This document shows, one piece after another, positions 27,484-34,623 of a stretch of 64,000 nt of DNA. This stretch comes from Gemmatimonadota bacterium (GTDB taxonomy: Bacteria > Gemmatimonadota > Gemmatimonadetes > Longimicrobiales > Gaopeijiaceae). Position 1 is the stretch's first letter; every line of letters begins with the position of its first letter. Location: contig JAXHMG010000003.1 in NCBI GenBank assembly GCA_034521595.1, positions 2,624,001 through 2,688,000 of the forward strand, written 5' to 3'. The translations under genes and the position numbers were made by a program. The notes beneath the pieces were generated by a model, which saw only the letters and a program-made list of their open reading frames with translations, ran no database searches and was not told the DNA's origin.

Positions 27484-28448
27484 TGGAGATCCGATATCGG
27501 AGAAAACACCTCGCAGAGGTGCTCGGCATCCCGGAGCAGCGCCTCGCCGAAGCCGATGACCGGACCGATCCGTCGTCCGTGAACGGCGGACCGGACGACT
27601 ACGGTCCCGAGGATCTCTCCGCGTACCGGGAGGCGCTCGGGCTCCGACCCGGCCGGCGCCCCCTGCGGCGGCAGCTCTTCCTCAACTTCAAGGGCGGCAC
27701 CGGCAAGACCAGCTTGTCCGTCTCGTACGCGTACCGGCTGGCCGAGATGGGGCACCGCGTCCTGCTCGTGGATCTGGATTCGCAGGGGCACGCCACCCAA
27801 CACATGGGCTTCGAGGGAGAACACTGCGCGCATACGCTCCACGACGTGCTGATCGAGCGTCTGCCCGTCCGGGACGCGGTCGTGGACACGCCGTTGGCGG
27901 AGTTCGATCTCTTGCCCGCCAACCTCGGCATGAGCACCATCGAGCTGGCTCTCATGCCCCTGGCCGGGCGTGAGTACCGACTCAAGAAGGCGCTCGACGA
28001 GATCTCCGACAGCTACGAGTTCATCGTCATGGACGCGCCTCCGTCGTTCGGCCTCCTCAATCTGAACGCCCTGATCGCGGCCGACGACCTCTTCGTGCCC
28101 GTGCTTCCCGACTTTCTGTCCTTCCACGGCCTCAAGCTTCTCTTCGAAACGCTCAACGGGCTGGAGGAAGATCTCGACCATGCGCTGGAGCGCATCTTCA
28201 TCGTCATCAATCAGTACAACCCGACGACCCGGATCGCGCGAGAGGCGCGTGAAGCGCTCCAGACCCACTACCCCGAGTTCCTCCTGAAGACGATCGTCCG
28301 CCAGTGCACCCGGTTCGCTCAGGCGTCCAGCGAAGGGTTGCCCATCTGCGCCTTCGACCCGCGAAGCAAGGGAGCGGAGGATACGGATTCACTCATTCAC
28401 GAAGTGATGCCCACCCCGCGGGCGGAGCAGCAGGAGAAGAGCGCATGA
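27483..28448 (+). CDS. pomZ: PomZ-like ParA/MinD ATPase
   Basis: RRQLFLNFKGGTGKTSLS, DLDSQGHAT, DAPPSFGLLNLNAL, DFLSFHGLKLLFET and RQCTRFAQASSEG match my recollection of M. xanthus PomZ; N-terminal HTH-like extension. Confidence 0.85.
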   Translation: MEIRYRRKHLAEVLGIPEQRLAEADDRTDPSSVNGGPDDYGPEDLSAYREALGLRPGRRPLRRQLFLNFKGGTGKTSLSVSYAYRLAEMGHRVLLVDLDSQGHATQHMGFEGEHCAHTLHDVLIERLPVRDAVVDTPLAEFDLLPANLGMSTIELALMPLAGREYRLKKALDEISDSYEFIVMDAPPSFGLLNLNALIAADDLFVPVLPDFLSFHGLKLLFETLNGLEEDLDHALERIFIVINQYNPTTRIAREAREALQTHYPEFLLKTIVRQCTRFAQASSEGLPICAFDPRSKGAEDTDSLIHEVMPTPRAEQQEKSA

Positions 28449-29356
28449 AAAACGGATTCAACGCGAACGTGCCGGTGCGGAAGCCACGCACGCGGATCGG
28501 CCAGATGCTCACGGAGCTGACCTCCGAAGCGGAGGAGCGAGAGCTCGACGATCTGGTCGAAGCCCAGGAGGAGGCGCCGGCCACCCCCTCGGAAGACCCG
28601 GACGCACCCCGAACCCCGGACGAGCCGGAAGCCCGGGATGATGCGGCCGACCCCGATGTGGAAGCTCCCACCCCACCGACATCGTCCCGGCCTCCGAGCG
28701 ATTCGACCCGCCTCGCGGCCGGCCGCGAACGGGTGGCATCGCTTCGCGACCGGCTCGCCGCGGCGGAGCGGGCTCCCGTCGCGGACAGGCAACCGAAGGA
28801 AACCGCCGCGAGCGTGCTGGAAGTCGTCGAGGACCTGCACGATCGCCTGGAAGCAACGATCCGAGAGCGCGCGGAAATGGCCGAGACGCTCGACGACACC
28901 CGAAGGCAACTCGCCCAGGTCGAGTCGGAGCTCGAAAAGGAACGGAGCGCGCGCGCCGCGATCGAATCGCGCCGGGAGGAACATGTACGCATCGCCGAGG
29001 AAGCGGTCACCGAAGCCGAGGCGCTCGCCGCCGAGCGTGACCAGGTCCTTTCCGAGCTCGCCGAACAACGGCGGCTCGACGACGAACAGGCGGAGCTCCT
29101 GGCCGAAGCGGAAGCGATGCTCGAGCGCCGGGACGCCGAACGGGCAGAGGCTGCCGCGGAGGTGGCGGAACTGCGCGAACAGCTGGAGACCCGCTCGGCG
29201 GAGATCGCGGACCTGAAGAGCCGCCTCCAGGCCCGGTCCTCCGACTACGCTCGCCTGGAGACCCGTTGCCGGGAGCTGGAGGCAGAGGTCGAGAAACTCA
29301 CCGAAGCACGTGAAGCGCTGGAGGCCATCGAAGCCCAGGTCCACCGCCGCACCTGA
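28445..29356 (+). CDS. pomX: PomX-like protein: basic N-terminal peptide, Pro-rich linker, long coiled coil
   Basis: N-terminus MKNGFNANVPVRKPRTRIG with K13 and R15; ATGA-coupled to pomZ. Confidence 0.75.
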   Translation: MKNGFNANVPVRKPRTRIGQMLTELTSEAEERELDDLVEAQEEAPATPSEDPDAPRTPDEPEARDDAADPDVEAPTPPTSSRPPSDSTRLAAGRERVASLRDRLAAAERAPVADRQPKETAASVLEVVEDLHDRLEATIRERAEMAETLDDTRRQLAQVESELEKERSARAAIESRREEHVRIAEEAVTEAEALAAERDQVLSELAEQRRLDDEQAELLAEAEAMLERRDAERAEAAAEVAELREQLETRSAEIADLKSRLQARSSDYARLETRCRELEAEVEKLTEAREALEAIEAQVHRRT

Positions 29357-29445
29357 CCCCGACGATCCGTCGGGAGCGAGCCACCACGAAAAGCCCCGTC
29401 AGGCCCCGGATAGAGGCCCGGCCTGGTGGCGGGTCGCCACCCGCA

Positions 29446-30642
29446 CTACGCCGCCGAGGTATCCACCACCTCCGCGATCCGGTCGAGCGCCTCGAGTAGC
29501 GTCTCGTCCGAAGCCGCGTAGCTCATCCGTACCCACCTGTCGTCTCCGAACGCGGCGCCCGGAACGAGCGCGACCCCCGCCTGCTCGATGATCTCGGAGC
29601 ACCAGGTCGTCGCGTCCGGCACACGGTCGTCGAAGAACCCGTCCACCCGGAAGTACACGTAGAACGCACCGTCGGGCTCGATCAAACGCACGGACGGGAA
29701 CAGCTCGCGCATGCGCGCGACCACGAGGTCCCGGCGACGCCGAAAGGCACGTCCCATCTCGGCCACCGCCTTCTCCGACGCGTCCACGTTCCGATACGCC
29801 TCGAGCGCAGCCATCTGAGTCGGTGTCGAAGGATTCGAGGTGACCTGACTCTGGAGTGCCGTGAGCTTGACCGCCACGTCCTTTTCGGCATAGGCGAAGC
29901 CCAAGCGCCACCCCGTCATCGCGTGGCTCTTGGAAAGCCCGTCGATCAGCACGGTCCGACCGAGGCTCTCGGGATCGAGCTCGAGCAAGCCGGGCGCCGC
30001 CGACCCCTCGCCGTGGTAGATCCTCCGGTAGATCTCGTCGCTGATGAGCCAAACGCCCCGGTCACGCGCCCACTCGGCGACCGCGGTGAGCTCCTGGTGC
30101 GAATAGACGGCACCGGATGGATTGCTCGGAGAGTTGAGAATCAAGCCCCGAGTCTCCTCCGTGACGGCACGGTCGAGATCCGCCGGCGTGACCTTGAAGT
30201 CACGCGACTCGGCGCCCCGAGCCACCACGGGCTCGGCGCGAGCCAACTGCACGAGCGCGGGATACGTAGTCCAGTACGGCGCCAGCATCAGCACGTCGTC
30301 TCCGGGGCCGAACAGGGAGAAGACGGCATTGAACAGCGCCTGCTTCGCACCGGTGCCGACCACCACGCCTTCCCAGGAGATCTCGCGTCCCGCCCGGTCC
30401 GCCAAGCGATCGGCGATCGCCTTCCGCAGCTCGGGCAAGCCGGGCGCCGGCGTATAGCGAGTGATTCCCCCGCGTATGCCCGCGATCGCCGCCTCCGAAA
30501 TGAACTCGGGCGTATCGAAATCCGGCTCACCCGCGCTCAGATTGATGATATCTCGTCCCTCGGCAGCGAGCCGTTTGGCGAGGGCGCTGACCGCCATGGT
30601 GGCCGACGGCTCGAGCTTTCCGATATTTTCGCTGAACGTCAT
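29446..30642 (-). CDS. Class I/II PLP aminotransferase (aspartate aminotransferase-like)
   Basis: GEPDF, NSPSNPSG, DEIY and SKSHAMTGWRLG motifs; start MTFSEN with GAGAGG RBS. Confidence 0.92.
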   Translation of the reverse strand: MTFSENIGKLEPSATMAVSALAKRLAAEGRDIINLSAGEPDFDTPEFISEAAIAGIRGGITRYTPAPGLPELRKAIADRLADRAGREISWEGVVVGTGAKQALFNAVFSLFGPGDDVLMLAPYWTTYPALVQLARAEPVVARGAESRDFKVTPADLDRAVTEETRGLILNSPSNPSGAVYSHQELTAVAEWARDRGVWLISDEIYRRIYHGEGSAAPGLLELDPESLGRTVLIDGLSKSHAMTGWRLGFAYAEKDVAVKLTALQSQVTSNPSTPTQMAALEAYRNVDASEKAVAEMGRAFRRRRDLVVARMRELFPSVRLIEPDGAFYVYFRVDGFFDDRVPDATTWCSEIIEQAGVALVPGAAFGDDRWVRMSYAASDETLLEALDRIAEVVDTSAA

Positions 30643-30750
30643 GCGATCCTCTCTCCGGTGGCAGTGGGGTCGAGAATATGGGCGAGGCCCGGGTCCCGTG
30701 AAAGCGACCACCTGGCCAGAGAGCCGCGGTATGGTGACCTTGTGCGTCTC

Positions 30751-31344
30751 ATGAACGACGCATCCCCCGAGCACCCGCTCACGCTCTACTTCGACCTGGT
30801 GGACCCGCTGTCCTTCCTCCTGGACAGGGAGTTGATGGCCGCCGAACAGGAGCTCGGCGTGCGCGTGCTGCGCCACGGCGTGGAGATCAGCCCACCGCCC
30901 CACCCACTCACCGCGCCTGGAGAGGCTCCGTGGAAGGAGCGGTGGGCACAGGCGGAGGCCGGAGCGGAGGAGCTCGACGTCCAGCTGCGGAAACCGGCCA
31001 TCGTGCCGTGGAGCCGCAAGGCCCACGAGCTGTTGCGCCACGCCGAGCAGGAAGGGAAGGCGGACGACCTCCGGGTCCGAATCTTCCGTGCGTTCTTCGA
31101 AGAGGGCTCGGACATCGGACGCGTGGATGTTCTGGTCGCTCTCGCAGTGGAAGCGGGATTCGACCGATCCGGCACGAAGGCCGTGCTCGATGTGGACCGC
31201 TACGACGAAGAGGTGGCTGGCCGTCGGGAGGCGGCGCTGGATGCCGGGATCCGCGTCATTCCCACGCTCCTCGGGGACGCAGGCCGGCTCGAGGGCTTCC
31301 GCAACCGCGCTTCGCTGAGCACCTTTCTCAGTGGGTCCTCGTGA
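30751..31344 (+). CDS. DsbA/FrnE-like thioredoxin-fold protein lacking CxxC
   Basis: YFDLVDPLSF, SRKAHEL, IFRAFFEEGSDIG and GIRVIPT (cis-Pro) motifs; no Cys in the protein. Confidence 0.75.
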   Translation: MNDASPEHPLTLYFDLVDPLSFLLDRELMAAEQELGVRVLRHGVEISPPPHPLTAPGEAPWKERWAQAEAGAEELDVQLRKPAIVPWSRKAHELLRHAEQEGKADDLRVRIFRAFFEEGSDIGRVDVLVALAVEAGFDRSGTKAVLDVDRYDEEVAGRREAALDAGIRVIPTLLGDAGRLEGFRNRASLSTFLSGSS

Positions 31345-31381
31345 CCTTGAGCACGCCTCGAAAACCCCGACCCCGTGGATC

Positions 31382-31687
31382 ATGGCCGGCTACCAGCGCA
31401 AGACCGCATCCTCCCCCTCCGAGATTCTGGAGCACGCCGAATCGGCGCTGCCGGAGATGGTGGGGCTCACGAAGGTCAAAGCCTCGGAGCACGGAGCGAC
31501 CTTCAGCGGTGACGAAGGAACGGTCACCTTCTCGGTGCATCGACACGGTCCGTATACCGATGTCGTCGCGAGCACCGACCGCCTACGGACATCCCGCCTC
31601 GACTACGAAATTCAACGGTTTCTGAACCGACTTCCGTACGAGCCGGGTGATCGCGGCGGGCGAGGGGCGGGAGAGCCGACCGGCTAG
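31382..31687 (+). CDS. Hypothetical protein (101 aa)
   Basis: MAGYQRKTASSPSEILEHAESALP...; co-directional between the DsbA-like and DEAD-like genes. Confidence 0.65.
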   Translation: MAGYQRKTASSPSEILEHAESALPEMVGLTKVKASEHGATFSGDEGTVTFSVHRHGPYTDVVASTDRLRTSRLDYEIQRFLNRLPYEPGDRGGRGAGEPTG

Positions 31688-31759
31688 CCCTCCTTCTTCC
31701 GTCTTCGACGCGAACGACCGCGTCGATGTCTTTCCGTTCGGACCTCAGGATTACATAAA

Positions 31760-33298
31760 GTGGACTCGTTCGAGGACCTCGGGATCCGCCCCGAGCTCGT
31801 GGAAGCGCTCGCCTCGGCGGGTATCGAAAAACCCACGCCCCTCCAGGAGGCGGCGATCCCGCTTCTCCGGAAGGGCAACAACGCGGTGCTCGCCGCCGGC
31901 CCCGGCAGTGGGCTTCTCGCCGGGTGGGCGGTGCCCCTACTGCAGCGTGTCCCGCCCGAGAATGCCGGGGCCCATGTGCTCGTGCTCACGGCGGACCGGG
32001 ACACCGCGACGCGCCTCGCTGAATCGATCGCGCTGCTCTCCCGCGACACCGGACACGCCGTGGCGGGGCTCGGGGCGCCCTGGGCCCTCCCCGGCCGAGC
32101 GCACGTTCTCGTCGGGACGCCCGCCGATGTGCTCGCCACGATCCGCGAGGACGGAATCTCGCTCGACGCGGTGCGTGCTCTCGTGCTCGACCAGGCACAG
32201 GCCGTCGAGCGGCTCGGAGGCCTGGATTCGGTCGAGGAGATCCTCCAGTACCTACCCGAGGGCACGCAGCGCGTCCTCACCGCCCTGCCGGTGACGCCGG
32301 CGGTCACCACCTTCGTGGAGCGCCACCTCAAGCGTGCGGTCACCATCCCGTCCGCGCATGACCCGTCGGGCACGCCGAGACGCGGCACCGTGCGATACCG
32401 CGTCGTGAACGAGCCCGCGGATGAAGCACTCGCAGCCGTCACCGCCCAGCTCTTCGAGGACGGAGCCCGCCACGTCCTCGTCTTCTGTCGCAACGAAGAC
32501 AGAGCCGCCGATGCTGGAGACCGGCTGACGTTGAGGGGCTTCGTGGCGGGAGCCCCCGGCGAGACCGACGTTCCCGTGTGGCTGGGCGTGGACGCGCTGG
32601 AAGCGAGAGGGGCCATCGAAGGCGCGGACGGCGTCGTCGTGGTCAGCGCCGACGTGCCTGCGGACCCCGACACGCTCGACCGGCGACATGGGAGCACGGA
32701 GGCAGGCGTCGTTCTCCCCCTGAGCCGCGAGGTGGGACACCTGCGGGACGTGGCGCGACGCACCGGTTACGAGCTCACGCCCTTCCCGGAGCCTGCCCAC
32801 CGGGCGCCCGAGAGCGTACGCGAGTTGCACGAGACGTTGGAGGCCGCGTTGAGGTCCGAGGACATCGGGCCCTACCTCTTCGCGCTCTCTCCGCTCTTCG
32901 AGCGTCATGACCCGGCTGAGATCGCCGCGGCAGCCGTCGCTCTGCTGCGAGGTGGAAAGGGGGGAGCATCAGCGACCGCCAAGCACGAGGCCGAGCCATC
33001 TCACTCCGCGACGCCCTCGTGGGCCAAGCTCTTCGTGAGCGTGGGCAGCCGTGACGGGTTGGTCCCCGGCGACCTGCTCGGCGCCGTCACGGGCGAGACG
33101 GGCGTGGCGGGCGACACGGTCGGCCGCATCGACATCAAAGAGAGCCACACCCTCCTCGAGGTCCACGACTCCGTGGCCGCCAGGGTGATCCAGGCGCTCA
33201 ACGGCATCACGATCCGCGGACGTTCCGTGCGTGCCGACTTCGACCGCCCTCGCCGGACCTCCGCCCCGGCCGGGCGACGGAAGGCTCCGCGAAGCTGA
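31760..33298 (+). CDS. Degenerate DEAD-box helicase-like protein with C-terminal DbpA-type RNA-binding domain
   Basis: Q motif intact; motif I AGPGSGLL; motif II DQAQ; C-terminal LFVSVGSRDGLVPGDLLGAV...GRIDI. Confidence 0.8.
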   Translation: MDSFEDLGIRPELVEALASAGIEKPTPLQEAAIPLLRKGNNAVLAAGPGSGLLAGWAVPLLQRVPPENAGAHVLVLTADRDTATRLAESIALLSRDTGHAVAGLGAPWALPGRAHVLVGTPADVLATIREDGISLDAVRALVLDQAQAVERLGGLDSVEEILQYLPEGTQRVLTALPVTPAVTTFVERHLKRAVTIPSAHDPSGTPRRGTVRYRVVNEPADEALAAVTAQLFEDGARHVLVFCRNEDRAADAGDRLTLRGFVAGAPGETDVPVWLGVDALEARGAIEGADGVVVVSADVPADPDTLDRRHGSTEAGVVLPLSREVGHLRDVARRTGYELTPFPEPAHRAPESVRELHETLEAALRSEDIGPYLFALSPLFERHDPAEIAAAAVALLRGGKGGASATAKHEAEPSHSATPSWAKLFVSVGSRDGLVPGDLLGAVTGETGVAGDTVGRIDIKESHTLLEVHDSVAARVIQALNGITIRGRSVRADFDRPRRTSAPAGRRKAPRS

Positions 33299-33331
33299 AG
33301 CTCGTTCCGTCCACACCGGTCCTCGAGCTAT

Positions 33332-33371
33332 GAAGAGAGGCCGCGTCGCCGTGGCGACGCGGCCTCTCTTC
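33332..33371. terminator. Bidirectional terminator-like hairpin between convergent genes
   Basis: Perfect 19-bp inverted repeat GAAGAGAGGCCGCGTCGCC-GT-GGCGACGCGGCCTCTCTTC. Confidence 0.75.
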
Positions 33372-33454
33372 GTTCCGCGATCCGTGTACGTCCTCTCCCT
33401 CCGCCGGAGATGCGTTCCGGCATCCCTACGGGGTCGGGACCGATCCGGGCGAGA

Positions 33455-33739
33455 CTACTGGATGGCGTCTTTCAGGCCCTTGCCGGCACGGAAGCCGGGA
33501 GTCTTGGTCGCCGCGATCTGGATGCTTTCACCCGTGCGGGGATTCCGCCCCATCCGTGCCTTGCGCTGCTTGGCCTCGAACGTGCCGAAGCCCGTGATCT
33601 GGACGCGCGTGCCATTCTTGAGCGCCTTGGAAATGACACCCTCGTCGGGTGAGAAGAGGGCATCCACGGCCCGCGCGGCGTCGGCCTTCGTCATGCCAGT
33701 GTCGTTGGCAAGTGCGTCCACGAGTTCGGACTTGTTCAT
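33455..33739 (-). CDS. hup: HU family DNA-binding protein
   Basis: MNKSELV, GFGTF, GRNPRTG and FRAGKGLKD motifs. Confidence 0.95.
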   Translation of the reverse strand: MNKSELVDALANDTGMTKADAARAVDALFSPDEGVISKALKNGTRVQITGFGTFEAKQRKARMGRNPRTGESIQIAATKTPGFRAGKGLKDAIQ

Positions 33740-33999
33740 CTGGCAGCTCCTGTGACTGGGAATAGGAAGAGGTCGCGGCCGGAGCCGCCCTTCATTCGGA
33801 CCCTGGAGAGCGTGCTCCGGAGGAGTGGACGATCACTCGAAAAGCCGCATAAAATCAAGAGTTCCCGGGCCCGGTCAGTCTGAATACGACCAACGGTAAG
33901 CCTCGCCTGTGGGACCGTCAAGGGAAGGATTCGCCGGACAGGCGCCGCAGCGCGCGCATTCCGCGGGGGGCTCGCTCCCGTTCGGAGCGCTCCGCGCAC

Positions 34000-34197
34000 C
34001 TACACGGCGGCTTTGTTGCTCGCCTTCTTGAACATGGAATAGACGAAGAATCCGAGTGCCGCGACGAGCGCGAGCTTCACGGTCAGAGCGACCAAGCCCA
34101 TCAAGAGGCCCAGCGCGGGGATGACCACCGCGGCGAGGAGCTTGAGCAGGATCAGGCCGGCGACACCGGCCGCCGTGAGCGTGGCGAACGTTTTCAT
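34000..34197 (-). CDS. Small membrane protein (65 aa)
   Basis: GGAG RBS, strongly hydrophobic, Lys-rich C-terminus. Confidence 0.7.
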   Translation of the reverse strand: MKTFATLTAAGVAGLILLKLLAAVVIPALGLLMGLVALTVKLALVAALGFFVYSMFKKASNKAAV

Positions 34198-34316
34198 GGA
34201 AGACTCCGAAGTGAACGTGTGCAGAGGCGCTTCGGCATTCCCTACGGCCCCGGCGGTCGGCGGGTTTCGGAATCGGCGGGCAAGGGCACGGCACGGTCGT
34301 GGCGCACCCCGACCTC

Positions 34317-34532
34317 CTACTTGTAGCGGTAGGTCACCCGTCCGCGGGACAAGTCGTAGGGCGACATCTCCACCTTCACCCGGTCACCTTCGAGCACCCG
34401 GATGTAGTTCTGTCGCATCTTGCCCGACAGGTAGGCCAACACCTCGTGATCGTTCTCGAGCGTGACCCGGAAGGTCGCGTTAGGAAGCACTTCCGTGACC
34501 GTGCCCTCGATCTCAATTGCGTCTTTCGCCAC
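34317..34532 (-). CDS. infA: Translation initiation factor IF-1
   Basis: [13 protein letters not shown] and [17 protein letters not shown] motifs. Confidence 0.97.
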   Translation of the reverse strand: MAKDAIEIEGTVTEVLPNATFRVTLENDHEVLAYLSGKMRQNYIRVLEGDRVKVEMSPYDLSRGRVTYRYK

Positions 34533-34623
34533 GCGTATCCGTAGCCTGCGTTAGAGTTTTTCTGGAGAAATCGAACGCTACACAGGGCCCGGCTCCGGGG
34601 CAACGGCTCCGGACCGCGGACCG

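Noticed and set aside
27483-28448. Chromosome or plasmid ParAB partition locus
   Set aside because: No parB, rep gene or recognisable parS in the window; the neighbours and motifs fit PomXYZ better.
29446-31383. 645-aa aminotransferase ORF
   Set aside because: The extension is antisense to the DsbA-like gene; the real start is 30642 with an RBS.
33332-33371. MITE/REP element
   Set aside because: Single copy in the window, located between convergent genes; better explained as a terminator.
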